Source: Basidiobolus meristosporus CBS 931.73
Lineage: Eukaryota; Fungi; Basidiobolomycota
Direction: 5' to 3'
DNA: 64,000 nucleotides
NCBI GenBank assembly: GCA_002104905.1
Contig: MCFE01000115.1
Coordinates: forward strand, 100,147-164,146
Part shown: positions 12,563 through 24,936 of the stretch, piece after piece
Position numbering within the stretch: the first letter of the stretch is position 1
Layout of the letters: each line of letters begins with the position of its first letter
Translations under genes and position numbers: made by a program
The notes under the pieces: generated by a model
Databases searched by the model: none
Told to the model about the DNA's origin: nothing
Seen by the model: the letters and a program-made list of their open reading frames with translations, nothing else

Positions 12563-15172
12563 TTACTTCTGGTAATAGGTTTTTCTGGCTAGGAATCGTT
12601 GTTTAGCTGCTAGTACCGCTTCCTCCCGTTTCCGCTTCTTCTCGTTTTCCTCCAAGCTATTTGGTGGCTGCTGATTGGTGGCTGCTGACGGATCATGTGT
12701 GCTTGCCTCGGCGGGTTCGGAGGCGGGCTGTGCGTCCTTGGGAGATTGGGTGGTCTCCCGGATCTCCCCTAGAATCAGCTTCTCCTCATCCAGAGTCTCG
12801 AAGCGCTTCAGCAATTCCCGAACCCACGGAAACTCGATCTTGCTCACGCTGCGCATATTCGCTTTGTTCGTATAGGTGATGTCGTGGTACATCACCCAGT
12901 CGATGTGGGAGAATTGCAGCACGGTCGAGTTGGTGTCCACGAATAGAGAGGATGTGGCGTTGATATGTAGGGCCAGCAGGCTGGAGTTGGAATCCACGGC
13001 CGAGCTGGAGGTGGAGGACATGTAGTGATAGAAGATCGGCCGGTGCGGATGTCTCTTGGCTGTGTTCACGTAAAATGCGGTCGCGATGGACTGCAAGATC
13101 ACTGTAGGCTCAACCTTGCCGTTGCTTGACTTGCAGGAAACGATGGGCAAGCCGTTCTTCTCCATGATCTGGATCAGCTGGTCACGGATATTGCGCGCCA
13201 TCGAGAGCGACCGGTAGCGTAAATAGTTCTCGTGACACCACGACTTGGAGTAGCCGGTCTCTCTCCACGCCATGTAAATGTTGTAGAGTGTTAGATGGTC
13301 TCCAGAGCGATGGAAGAACTGCTTCCGGGCTTCCTCAGCCTCCGCCTGTTTCTTCTCCCCTCTGGGAGAGAGGAACACCTCTTCCACCGAGAGCATGGAC
13401 GCGATGACAAGTATCTCCTTACTACACTGGTATTGTCGTGCGGAGGCGATAAGGGCCCGCGACAAGAAGGGCGACAACGGGAATGAGTTCATTTCGTCGC
13501 CGAGCTGAGTGAGTCTACCGTAGTCGTCAATGGCCCCCAGGTAGTAGAGTTGTCGTAGGGCGTTACGCACCAGACTGGAGTCTGGCGGGTCCACAAACTC
13601 GAAGTCAACCACGTTTTTGATCCCGATCTTCTTCAGTCCGAGGATGGTGCTGATAAGACTGCTTCGTTGGATTTCCGGGATCGTGTCTGCCTCCAGCTTC
13701 TCGAACGCGGACCGGGAATACAGTCGATACGCCTTGCCTTCTTGGGTTCTTCCGGCACGCCCTGCACGTTGTGTAGCGGCCGCCTGACTTATCGGAACCA
13801 CTAGTAGGGCGTCCATGCCGGTTTGGCTGTCGTAGGACTTCTGCTTGACAAAGCCAGAGTCAACCACGTATCTACTCGCATGGATTAGACTAACGGTGGA
13901 CGTGGCGAGCACAATGATATCCCACTTACCTAATGCCTGGGATGGTCACAGAGGTCTTCGCACGGGGGGGGGAATCGATTGAGTAATCTTGTCGCAAAAA
14001 CAACCAACTTATAGATACTTACCTGGGCGATATTGGTGGCAAAGATCACCTTTCTTACACCTCGGGGTGTTCGCTCGAACACCGCCTTCTGCTCAAATGT
14101 CTCGAGACTGGCGTAGATCGGATACACCTCCAATCGACGGATCTCATCGCCATATTCTATATCCCGTGGGTCTATCTCCCTGGCCTTTTCTTTGAAGTCT
14201 TTGCACGCCTTCTCTATCTCCCCCTGCCCGGTCAGAAACACCAAGATGTCCCCGGGCGGCTCTCTCTCGTGAATGTGCAACGCGGTGTTAACCGCGCGGG
14301 CCACATAGGTGGATTTGAGGGATGCCATCTTCGCGTCGTGGTGGTGTAGAATGTCCACGTCGTAAGTCCGCCCGGGGATTGAAAAGATCGGGCAGCTGTC
14401 AAAGAAGTCCGAGAACTTCTCCACCTAGTTGAATGTCCCACACGTCAGTATCCGCAGTAGAGGTTTGTCACTAACTCGCTTACATTCAAGGTGGCCGACA
14501 TCACGATGATCTTCAATTCAGGACGCAGCTGATGGGTTTTCTTCAACAGGCCAAACAAAACATCGGTCTCCACGGTTCTCTCGTGCGCCTCGTCGATGAT
14601 GATCATGTCGTAGTTCTTCAACTCTGGGTCCCCACAAGCCTCACGCAGCAGTACTCCGTCCGTCATGTAGCGTAATTGTGTTTCCGGCGTGGTGCAGTCC
14701 TCGAAACGGATGGTGTATCCTACCGTCTTTCCCAATTTTGTGCCGTGTTCCTGGGCAACGCGCTTCGCAACGGTAATGGCAGCGATCCGCCTAACAAGTT
14801 CGTTTAGCAACCAAGAGAGCATTGGGTGTCAGGGTTATATGGCACGCTTACCGCGGCTGCGTGATCGCTGTGCGCTTGATGTTTGGTATCCCCTCCAAGA
14901 CATACTGGGGGATTTGCGTAGTCTTTCCTGAACCTGGGTTGGAAAGAAAGTGTTGGAACCTTGGAAGGACATTTCGCACCGGCCATACCACACTTACCAG
15001 TTTCACCAATGATCACCAGGAGATTGTTTTCCTGTATGGCCTCTATTAGTTCTTCACGGTATTGATAGATGGGAAGTGATTCTCTAACTGAATCATATGG
15101 CATATCGGTAGGTGGTAGGAAAGGGAGATTTCCGACGTGATTTCCGATGTAACCGTGTGCGGAAGGGCCCAT
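12563..15172 (-). CDS. DEAH-box RNA helicase (Prp22/DHX8/DHX40-like), multi-exon
   Basis: [66 protein letters not shown], then HA2-type sequence. The start codon is uncertain. Confidence 0.92.
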
Positions 15173-15318
15173 TTTTCACTGATGTTCTCATCATCCATGG
15201 TCGGCGCCAATCTAGACATTGATTTAAGCACAAAGCGAGATCAATCCGGATTATTCACCCAAGAGTTATGGAGTGATATAAGCACTACTAGTGACTTTCT
15301 TTAGTTCATTATTTGCTA

Positions 15319-16809
15319 ATGAGAAGCACGCTGAATCAGAGCTGTCTCAGAGACATATTTTCATGGTTAAAGGAAGACTCAGCCACCCTTTATCACTGTT
15401 GCCTGGTTCGTAGGACGTGGCTTCAAGCCGGAGCCAGGGAACTCTATGCTTTCCCCTACCAGTATTTTACTCCCTTATTCGAACAAACCCAACAGCTTCG
15501 AGCTCTACTACTATTCCAGACCCTGTTGGAGAGCACCCTCAAGACCAAAAATCTTGCCCATTCGCCCGAACCTATAGATGAACCTTTACTTAACTATCTC
15601 AGTCTACTCAAGAGTGTGGACCTGAACTGGTTCAAGAAACTCCTGCTAATAAACTGCCCAGAGGAGCGCAAACAGGTTCTACACCAAGATGTGGTTAAAC
15701 GAGTGCTCCAGGTTTACTTGGAACCTTTAACTGCACTGAAGCGCCTGGTTTATACACAGGCCTTCCAGCTCGAGGAGCTCTTTCACAACCCGAAGCCTCT
15801 TAGCTCTCTGACCAACCTAGAAATCTGTTGGCGGTTTCTCGACGCTCAGACGGCGAATGACTTTCTGGTCACGGTGTCGCTTCATTGCCAGCGACTGGTA
15901 TCCCTTGGAGTCGACGCGAACAATTCGCCCAGCTTCAATTTCCAGGGAATGAACGAGATCATAGCGAAACAGACGTACGGGACACTGAGGCAACTGAAGC
16001 TGAAGAAATTCCAATTTCAGCCCCAGCAGTTCTACCAGATAATCGATGCTCTGGCCCAAGGTCCGAAGGAAAATTTGCTCTGCTTGAAGTTAGAGCAGTG
16101 CACATTCTTGCCAGGCACAAGGGTCGAGAAGATAGGGAGGCTGACCAACCTACGTACGCTGGAGCTCCCGTTTTGCTACGGGCTGTGTGATTCACATCTA
16201 GTGGACCTAGTCAAACGCTGCAAATTCCTCGCCAATCTCAACCTCTCCCATACCGCAATCACCGTAGCATCCATTGGGGTGACCATTGGTAGTCTGGGAA
16301 GTCAACTCCAGAGATTGGACATCTCGTATCCGTACCGGGTGGATCACTCTTTGGATTCGTGCATCCCAATGCTCTCCCAAAGCGCCCCCAAGCTATCTCA
16401 TCTCAATATCAAAGGGATTCGCTACGGATATCCCGCCATAGATGAGCTCATAGGGGCCTGCAACAAGCTCCGTTCACTAAGCCTGGGCACCCCGTACCGT
16501 CAAGAGCCCAGCGCCGCGGATCGGCTGTTGGCTCGGGTCCTCACTAAATGCAAAGCACTAAAAGAACTGGAACTGGGAAACACCAAGATCACAGCGCACG
16601 GATTAAACACTATATCCAAGCATCTAGCTGGGCTGGACGTGGTTGGAGAGATTCTCTGCGAGGGCCTGGACCAGGTGACAGCCCGACGGATCTACCCAGA
16701 GCTGAACATGGATAACACCTCCTTCTGGGAGGAGGAGGAGGAGGAGGGAGAGGGGGAAGAGGGGACGGCGGCCCTTGTGCTACCGCCAAACTTTTTAAAG
16801 ACCTGCTAA
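15319..16809 (+). CDS. F-box/RNI-like leucine-rich repeat protein
   Basis: Single long ORF; N-terminal F-box-like CLRDIFSWL...LYHCCLVRRTW; repeated LxxLxL motifs; acidic tail. Confidence 0.8.
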   Translation: MRSTLNQSCLRDIFSWLKEDSATLYHCCLVRRTWLQAGARELYAFPYQYFTPLFEQTQQLRALLLFQTLLESTLKTKNLAHSPEPIDEPLLNYLSLLKSVDLNWFKKLLLINCPEERKQVLHQDVVKRVLQVYLEPLTALKRLVYTQAFQLEELFHNPKPLSSLTNLEICWRFLDAQTANDFLVTVSLHCQRLVSLGVDANNSPSFNFQGMNEIIAKQTYGTLRQLKLKKFQFQPQQFYQIIDALAQGPKENLLCLKLEQCTFLPGTRVEKIGRLTNLRTLELPFCYGLCDSHLVDLVKRCKFLANLNLSHTAITVASIGVTIGSLGSQLQRLDISYPYRVDHSLDSCIPMLSQSAPKLSHLNIKGIRYGYPAIDELIGACNKLRSLSLGTPYRQEPSAADRLLARVLTKCKALKELELGNTKITAHGLNTISKHLAGLDVVGEILCEGLDQVTARRIYPELNMDNTSFWEEEEEEGEGEEGTAALVLPPNFLKTC

Positions 16810-17030
16810 CTACACATCAAGTTCACGCAATATTCCCATATTTTGTACGATAGTCAGTAATGTAATCATCCACTAGTGAGCATTAGCAATAAATACCGCG
16901 GTGCGAGAGATGGTGGGAAATGGGTGGGATTTATTGGGTTGGTTGCTTCCACCCTCTAGTGGATTCGTGGAAAGCAAGGGATCTCGGGGATCAAGAAGGT
17001 GCACACACATTGGCAACATTGACATTGGTA

Positions 17031-17444
17031 TCATCTGTCGGGGGAGACCGCGGCAGGTGGTGGGGTTAGGTATTTCCCGTACTTTCCCTTCTTCGGTAAC
17101 GGAGAGCCGTCCGGGGCGATCCCGTATTTCTGGCGGATCTGGTCGCCAGCCCTGTAAGTGGAGCTCCTCTTGCCCGTCTCCGACACGGCAATCACCTTTG
17201 AGGATTTGAAGCAGAACTTGCGCAGGGCCCAGCAGATGGCCAGGACCAGCAGACCTAGCAGCACGATGCTAAGCAGAATGATCGCCGCAATGGTCAAGGC
17301 CCGGCTAAGGTTCGTCCGGTCGTAAATGATTAATGATGAGTCTGGATCAATGTTGACTGAAACCTCCTCCCCACCTGCATCTATGGGACTAGCTAGCACC
17401 AGAGCCCACGCCCGGATGATCCCAAGAAATAACCAGAATTTCAT
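17031..17444 (-). CDS. Small type I membrane protein (signal peptide plus one TM helix)
   Basis: MKFWLFLGIIRAWALVLA signal; TM ALTIAAIILLSIVLLGLLVLAICWAL followed by a basic stop-transfer segment RKFCFK. Confidence 0.65.
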   Translation of the reverse strand: MKFWLFLGIIRAWALVLASPIDAGGEEVSVNIDPDSSLIIYDRTNLSRALTIAAIILLSIVLLGLLVLAICWALRKFCFKSSKVIAVSETGKRSSTYRAGDQIRQKYGIAPDGSPLPKKGKYGKYLTPPPAAVSPDR

Positions 17445-17744
17445 GTTCAGGCAACCAACTCTGGCGAAAGCACTTGTCTCGTGGGCCATTTATATCACTG
17501 CGCTCCACGGCCGCCCCTATTCTCCGACACCATTCTCTCCAGACAATCCATTGTCGCATTGTGGGGTTGCCTGCATAATGCTCGCCATTGTGCTGGTTGG
17601 CCGACAATGTCAGCATTGATTTCTAAGGGTACTCTAATGATGCATTTTATTGATAATGTCGGCGAAAATAACCATCGATATCTGGGAGGGGGGCGGATTC
17701 TAAATTACAGAGCTAGTGTTTACACGGGGGGGGGGAAATGCCAG

Positions 17745-19262
17745 CTAGTGCGACGTCACTCGGGTGGTGTCCTCCCAGACCTTGACCATCGTGGGCGGCA
17801 GGTAGTTCTCAAACTTCGCCACCAGCTCCCGCGAGTAGGTGGACTTCAAGACTCGCAGCAGCTGCCTATGGAACTGGGTGGAAGGGATGTAGGGAAGGTC
17901 CGAGTCGCAGTCCACCCTCGAGGAAGACAAAGGGCATGTGCCAAGAAAGTCCGACTTCCAAAGCTCCAGGAGCTTGCTAAGCCAGCGCACTCGGTCGCGC
18001 TCCAAGATGGTGGATTTCACCTGAAATGTAGTCGGCAACACCCCTCGGATGAACTCCTCCATGGACCTTCCGAAGGAATCCAGAATCTCTGGATCGGTGA
18101 TATCCAGGAACTGGATCAAAGGCAACGTGCGATCTTGCCAAAGTGCCACGCTCACAAAGAAGCCGACCATCTCCGCATCCGGACTCTCCTCGCCCAAGAG
18201 CTCGTCGAACTTCTCGAGAAAACCGTGCTCGGTTTCGTTCAATGCCTTCTCCATCTTTCGTCTTCGTAGCCGGCCAACCACGAGGTCGTGAAGAAACTGT
18301 TGGGAGTCGGGGATCTTCGTGAGCAGGATCTCCATGGAGGTGTCATTCCACCAGGCGTTGGGCGATGCGAACATCTCTTGAATGGCACACTTGGTTATCT
18401 CCGACAGGTCCCTGTTCTCCAGCGCCGTAGGCCAATTCTCCTGGATGATCCGTAGGATTTGTGCCAGCCCATCATGACTAGCGAAGTAGGTAAACACGTC
18501 CAGCAGCGTGCTTTCCGACAACTCTTTACACAGGCCGATCTTCTGGAGATCACTTAAAAGAGTGTGTCGCTCTTGGGATTCCTCGTACTCGTTCGCTAAC
18601 AACGCACATGTGATGTGTGGGTCCAAGGCATCAAGATACACCTGGTGTTGGATCATCATCTCAACCACAGGTGCTCTTGTGGAGATCAGATGCAACATAA
18701 ATCCACCAATCGACCGACTTAATGATAAACGGTTGTATACAGCTAACGAAAAAGTGTGCCACAAACTCCGATACGTGGGCAGTATCCGATAGTGCGCCAG
18801 AAGGCTGACCGTTTTCTCAACACTGGGGCAGTTCAGTTGCTGGAAAGGCTTCAAAAGTTGGTACGTCATCAGGCAGTCACGGTTCAGCTCATCTTCCTCG
18901 TGCTTCAACAAACCTTGCTCCAAGATCAAGGCGACATCACTCCACGGTAGAGCCGGGCAGTCGGACCGGCTCTTGTTGATCTGGGAGATGATCACTTCGT
19001 GCGCATAAACTTGGTAAAACCATACGTCATCTTCAACCCCTCGCTCAAGCAATCTCGTATATATCTCGTGAGTTAAAAAGGGCAAATGGCGCTTGGCCAC
19101 CTGCCAGAGGCCGTGTACCCCATACTCGTTGTAGTAGCTCTCCACTCGAACAATAGGATTCTGGGAAATGTGATGAAACGTACGACATACCGTAGCGTAC
19201 CTAGGCGGATGGCCCAGGTAGGAAAACACCCGCTCCAAAATCTCGGTATTGAGCAGCTCCAT
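17745..19262 (-). CDS. Hypothetical ~505-aa protein with an F-box-like N-terminus
   Basis: Long uninterrupted ORF; begins MELLNTEILERVFSYLGHPPRYATVCRTFHHIS. Confidence 0.7.
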   Translation of the reverse strand: MELLNTEILERVFSYLGHPPRYATVCRTFHHISQNPIVRVESYYNEYGVHGLWQVAKRHLPFLTHEIYTRLLERGVEDDVWFYQVYAHEVIISQINKSRSDCPALPWSDVALILEQGLLKHEEDELNRDCLMTYQLLKPFQQLNCPSVEKTVSLLAHYRILPTYRSLWHTFSLAVYNRLSLSRSIGGFMLHLISTRAPVVEMMIQHQVYLDALDPHITCALLANEYEESQERHTLLSDLQKIGLCKELSESTLLDVFTYFASHDGLAQILRIIQENWPTALENRDLSEITKCAIQEMFASPNAWWNDTSMEILLTKIPDSQQFLHDLVVGRLRRRKMEKALNETEHGFLEKFDELLGEESPDAEMVGFFVSVALWQDRTLPLIQFLDITDPEILDSFGRSMEEFIRGVLPTTFQVKSTILERDRVRWLSKLLELWKSDFLGTCPLSSSRVDCDSDLPYIPSTQFHRQLLRVLKSTYSRELVAKFENYLPPTMVKVWEDTTRVTSH

Positions 19263-19647
19263 TCGTGGGGATCTGTTTCGAATTGCGACTGAACGGTAGT
19301 GGTTCTTCAAAAACAAGCATTCAAATGCCAACGGTCGACCTTCACTTGTCAAGAAAGTGCCAAGCCACAGGAAAGGGAAGTAAGCAATGTAAGGGGCGAG
19401 TCTAGCTTTGTATCTCCGTCAACGAATTCGGAAATGGCCCATGGGAGCGGGGGATAAATTATCGCTGTTTCATCGGAAATCCACATAAGCCTTGGTAACC
19501 TTAACCAAACTAAGTACAGCCCGATATCATGTGACACAAAATGTTTATTTCAAATTACCGGAGATGCGAAGATTAATGATGTAGTAGGAAGCATTATGGA
19601 ATGAGAACATTGATATGGTTGGAAAAAAAGGGCCGTTTCAATCTAAT

Positions 19648-20664
19648 TTAAAGGTGAGAAAGCACTGCGCTTATCACGCTTAGAGCCATGAGAGCCCCGG
19701 CCACCCGTGAAGTGGAGGCACCTGAATGGGAATTGATAGTGGCAGAAGGAGAGATGGATGTCGAAGAAGCAACACCAGCACTCGAGTGGGGTGCACTTAT
19801 TTCCGCCTGGTACATTGGTGCATTGATGCAAGAGTTGGCCAGCACGAAGTGGAAACCATTGGCAGCCAGAAGAGCCTCGATCCTGGGAACCTCCTTTACG
19901 GTAGCAATGTGGATGTCATGCTGCAGAGAAATGAACCCGGGGTCGTTGTGGGCGTTGAGAACGGTCCCCTTGGTAATAGCGTTCTGGAAGGAATCCAGGA
20001 TCTTGGACGGGTCTTGTTTCTTCGCAACTATGTCCCAATCCAAGGTATCCATATTCCATAGAAGGTTATGGTACCCCATGGCTTTGAAGACGGCCTTCAC
20101 TCTATCGTCAGCCTCGCCGAATGGTGGGCGGATATAGGCGGTCTTGACCCCGGTAACGTTGAAGATAGCATCTTCCGTTGCCCGTAATTCCGCGACAATT
20201 TGCTCGTTGGACAGAGTCATCAAATGAGGATGTGACCAGGTGTGTTGAGCAATCAAATGCCCTGCATCATAAGCTCTCTTGACTATTTGAGGGAATTTGA
20301 CGACCTGGGAGCCGATCATGAGAAGAGTAACTTTGACCTTGGCAGCGTCTAAGATGTCGAGCAACTCCGAGGTGCTCTCTTCTGGACCGTCATCGAAAGA
20401 TAAGGCCCATTCGCCCTTTTTGCATCCATATACGTCCTCTTGTCTAGGGCAGTTTCCGCAGCTTTCCCAACACTTGTCACACTCGTCGGGGCCGCAGCTG
20501 GTGGAGGCGCAAATACCAGTGCCAACTGGTTTGGTTGCGATGTTAGGGACTTGGGATAGATCGTATTGCTTTGTCCATGCGGCGTTGATGGGAGCCAAAG
20601 GAACTTGGGCCACAATTTGTGAGACGCTGGCAAAGAATAGGAGAGCGCTAGCTTGGAATAACAT
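19648..20664 (-). CDS. CDA: GPI-anchored chitin deacetylase (CE4/NodB polysaccharide deacetylase)
   Basis: Signal peptide; CE4 motifs SFDDGP, HTWSHP, YIRPPFG, LWNMDTLDW and LQHD; Ser-rich linker and hydrophobic C-terminal GPI signal. Confidence 0.93.
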   Translation of the reverse strand: MLFQASALLFFASVSQIVAQVPLAPINAAWTKQYDLSQVPNIATKPVGTGICASTSCGPDECDKCWESCGNCPRQEDVYGCKKGEWALSFDDGPEESTSELLDILDAAKVKVTLLMIGSQVVKFPQIVKRAYDAGHLIAQHTWSHPHLMTLSNEQIVAELRATEDAIFNVTGVKTAYIRPPFGEADDRVKAVFKAMGYHNLLWNMDTLDWDIVAKKQDPSKILDSFQNAITKGTVLNAHNDPGFISLQHDIHIATVKEVPRIEALLAANGFHFVLANSCINAPMYQAEISAPHSSAGVASSTSISPSATINSHSGASTSRVAGALMALSVISAVLSHL

Positions 20665-21306
20665 TCTAGTCTAGGTAGAGGAAGAGGCAGTGCCGGCAAA
20701 AAACACGTCGGGTGGCATTTATATGTCTGCACCTGTCCACGACCAATATTACTATATATATACATCCACAGCGAAAATTCTCTTTCGAAGTGAGCCAAGA
20801 AATTCAGGCCAGTACCATATGTAGGGCGGTGGGCCGATTCATTCATATTCCACACCAACGCAGTTTATTTGTTAAGGTTGTAACTTACCTCAAGGAAATC
20901 TGGCGTTCAGCTTCTTTGATTTGGGAATACCCGGCGAACAAACATACATGGATTTCCATATCCGTTACAATTTCATCTATTTAGTGAAAATTGTTGGCGT
21001 TGATCATATATTTTATTTCGCATCAGGTTCAGGTATATTAAGAATCCATCTGGAGTCTAGATAGATTCTTAGCGTACCATTGGCAACATGCGAAAAGTCC
21101 CTCTATATACAAGAGATAATTCGATGCGATGTGGAGGCGTACTGTCACTGATTCGGCCGAGCTGGGGAAGGCGGTGTACTTGCTTTACTTTGTGAGCTGC
21201 GAAAGATACGGCTCGTTTTTTATTGTTCGAATACTTCTTATATACTTTCCCAAGACGTGACGGGTGCTTGAGAGGGCATGTACAAATAAACACTGGAGTG
21301 AATACA

Positions 21307-21748
21307 CTACTCGGCATTGGCCGGTCGCTCAACTCGAACAATGTCCCAGTCTTCCTCTTCGTCGGCTTCTTGTTGTAGACGCTAAAGAATCCGCCCATCA
21401 GTCACTGCACTGAAACCAACCTATCATAAACTCTACAAACCCAGTACTCTTCCTGGAGCGAGAATTTGCGCCGATTTTTGTCCAACTTCAGCTTCTCCTC
21501 GGTACTCATCTGGTGGGGGTGGTGATATTGAATATCTCTGTTGACCGGTGAGGAGATGAACCACAATGCCCACTTACCGCGTTGACTTTATTATCATGAA
21601 AATCGTATCTTGTCTGAGTCATTTGGGTCAATAAAAACGAGCTTCCGACTATTATAGTCAGGAAAGGAACCCCAAAAGCAACCACCGGGTGCTTTCTTAT
21701 TATTGACGCTAATGGATACGAACTTGGTCGGCGATTCACAAATGGCAT
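21307..21748 (-). CDS. COX16: Cytochrome c oxidase assembly protein Cox16 (3 exons)
   Basis: KHPVVAFGVPFLTIIVGSSFLLTQMTQTRYD | MSTEEKLKLDKNRRKFSLQEEYW | RLQQEADEEDWDIVRVERP matches the Cox16 pattern. Confidence 0.9.
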
Positions 21749-22858
21749 CGGTTTGGGTATAGTCGTTAACAGACAGCGGGGATTTGGCAAAATTTGTTGA
21801 ATATCAATGTCCGGAACGTGGCTAACTCCTGGTCCAAACTAACCACTGGGGAGGAAAGCTGAGTAAACTTAAGCAAGCTCGTGGATTGAAACCTAACCCA
21901 AAATAGAAGGGCTTTCTGGAAAATCCAGGTTTGGCGAAATGACACTAGATGATGCAAGTATCAGAATGTCTGATCTCCAGTCTTGATGGAGGCTTCATTT
22001 ACAGCGCGGGTACCACCCCAAGTCACTCATGTTCACGCTTGTTTGATCAAGAAAACTTTGGTGGTAGACATGTTTCACCCACTTTTGTCAGATGATTGAT
22101 GGGCCAATGGGCACGATGAAATCACCAAGCGTGTAGGGTTAGGGGTGGATGGGTCGGTGACGGATCATATCGAACTGACTTCATGACGCAACTCAGTTTG
22201 TAGTACCTTGCACAAGGGGAAAACCATAATCAGCGAAGTGCCTTTTGAGACCAACGGAAATAGTGTTAAGCCATGTTGACCAAATGTGGTGCTGACATCA
22301 TAATTCTCAGGCCTGGAAGAGACGTCTTTGGCTCCAATCCCATCGTACGCTTTTATTATTAGATAGCCTCTTCAACAGGGGCACTGACTCTACCATTCAT
22401 TTCCCGGCCAAATGAACTTCTCAGTCTTTGTACAAAATCACCTGGAGGCACCTGCATCGAGGGTAAAGTATATCCCGAGAAATATCTTACCACCCAGGGA
22501 ATATGGTCCATGAGGCCAACATGAACGATTCAATGAGGCTAATATGTACGATGTGGGTGAGTAAATCTTCATGTTGTGGTATGCAACTGAATCGTACCCA
22601 ATATCAATTCCATATTTGGTGAAGGTAAGACATCAGGTGATTCACCTCCGAGTGACTGCAGTATTCAATGGATCCCATATATTTATATCTCCTCATCGAG
22701 GGTGGAGTTTAAAGTGAATTTAGCATATAAGGAGAATATATCCCGCGCTACTACATTTAGTTGTATCTTCTCTCCCACATTAACTTTGGCTTTACAGTTC
22801 AAGCAATACGTTTCCCGCTCAACTTTCTCCCTGAAGCTGCCTTCAAAGAATCATTGAA

Positions 22859-23968
22859 ATGACTATTACTGGAAACATCAAAATCGAGATAAAACCCATA
22901 CATGATAGGGTGTTCCTTCCCTACACACGTGTTTCCGAGGTTGAACATCCAGTGGAGACCACCATACAGGGGAAGGTCTTGATTCATCTAAAGAAAGCCC
23001 TCAAAGTTTCCTCCATAACGCTACAGCTTGAGGGGTACTTAGAAGAGAAAGGTATCTTTCCTTTTCTATGTCGAGGCAATTGTAATGCTACATATGACTA
23101 ACGGTCTCTTTTAGCTTTTGGCGTCAAATCTTTCAAGCTACAAGGACAACGCTGCTTGGTAAAGGAGAAACGGATATTCCTCGGTTCCCCAGCGTCTCTT
23201 CAGTCACTCAGTGCCGGGTCACATGTGTTTGACTTCAGCTTCAATGTGAGCTCTGAATTACCCGAGACAGTGTGCAGTCCATTCCTTGATATTCGATACA
23301 GGCTAGTTGCCGTGCTAAAGAAATCCGGGCTCTCTAGCAAGGTGAAGCAAGTAAAGGACCTATCCATCTACCGCACGTGCGATGATTTCGAGTCTGACGT
23401 ATACTCCGCCGTTACCTTGGCAAATTCCTGGCCGAAAGTGATGGACTATAGTGTAGCACTTCCTAGCAAGATATTAACTCTTGGCGAGATAGTGCCGGTT
23501 GAATTCCATCTATGGCCACACCTCAAAGACATCAAATTCCTTGGACTGGAGTTTTCGCTGGTAGAAGACATCACTTATTCCGGTAGAAATGCGGACGGTG
23601 CAGCCAACACCAAGCGTTGGATTGGACTGAAATCGACATGCACGACCCATGATAATCTGGCGGCAAATAAGCTGGTTCGCGTTCATATTCCCAATGACAC
23701 CAGGGTGCGATGTGACATCAATCACGAGCTGATACAGATTCGACATAAATTGGAGGTGAGAATCTTGTTTGAGAGCCACCGAAAGTTGAACTCCATCACT
23801 CTGAGGTGTTTGGTAGTGATCCAGCCAGAGCCAGAAATTGAAGAAGATTTGCCTTCCTATCCACAATCATTCACGAACCAACTTGTCGAGGCATCGAACT
23901 CAGAGGTCGAATCTCTGGAGTGGGCAAACGTCCCACTTCCTACCTACGAAACTATCCTTGCGCAGTGA
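22859..23968 (+). CDS. Alpha-arrestin (ART-like), 2 exons
   Basis: Arrestin_N and Arrestin_C motifs (GSHVFDFSFNV...LPETV...IRYRLVAVL; IRHKLEVRI); C-terminal PY motifs LPSY and LPTY. Confidence 0.85.
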
Positions 23969-24783
23969 TGCAAAGCCATCACATGTAACAAATCTGTGAA
24001 TACTCTACTAGCTAATGATTCCGCATCTAATTGTAAACTTACTATCCATATCCGATCTCATCTTTCATGTTGTACCATACATACACCCACACCGACAAAA
24101 CATACTCTTTTGGTCTGGATGCTATATTCCGTGCACCTTCTAATAATAAACTTACCCGTCAATATGGTAAAACAACGCTTTGTGAGAATGGGAAAGGTGA
24201 CACAAGCGAATCCACGTTTGACTGCCATGACGTAAATAGCACCTCACTACGTTGTATGGTTATTCCAGAACTATTATTCCTCGTTCGGGTTGCCATCGTG
24301 GACCACCAACTCTGCATCAAAGTATTCCAGGAAATTGAAAAATCCAACTTGATAGGCCTGTCACCTGCATTATCAACGTAGTCACTTGAAGCCTAGCCTT
24401 CGAGTAAGGCGTCTCGGAGATTTATTGGTGCTGTAATACGGGCTGTATTATGAGTTGCCTTATGGTGAAGTGATGGTTGGCTGAGAAATTTTCGAACTCC
24501 CTGGTGGTTTATGTTCTTTGGTCCGAGTGGAGCAAGTAGAGTTTTAACTGTTTATTACTGCCTAACCTACTTTTTTTGAAATCCAAGATCTGGTGTTGTA
24601 ATTGCCTGGTAGGCCGATGCGATACTAGGTGCTTACACAAATACCATATGTGAATGAGATTTACCAGAAGGTCGCCAGTTCAATCTTGGCAGTAGGCAAA
24701 TTTTTTCATCCTGGTATTAATCAAGTAGTTTGGGGCAAATTTACAAATTTCCCATAATTTATTGTGCTTACACATTAACGTAA

Positions 24784-24789
24784 TATAAA
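24784..24789 (+). promoter_or_regulatory. TATA box of U6
   Basis: TATAAA about 30 nt upstream of the inferred U6 5' end at 24818. Confidence 0.6.
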
Positions 24790-24817
24790 GTGTGTATGGG
24801 GCTGTCGTATATGTCAA

Positions 24818-24843
24818 GTCCTTCGGGACCTCTGACACTTGAA

Positions 24844-24874
<31 letters not shown>

Positions 24875-24936
24875 GGCCCCTGCACAAGGATGACACGTAA
24901 ATCTTGAGTGGACACCTCTTCGGAGGACATTTTTTT
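24818..24936 (+). ncRNA. U6: U6 spliceosomal snRNA
   Basis: 5' GTCC-TTCG-GGAC stem; conserved core AATTGGAACGATACAGAGAAGATTAGCATGGCCCCTGCACAAGGATGACACG (ACAGAGA box, AGC triad, ISL); T7 Pol III terminator. Confidence 0.95.

Noticed and set aside
22200-22700. Possible small multi-exon gene on the minus strand
   Set aside because: I could not build a consistent splice model.
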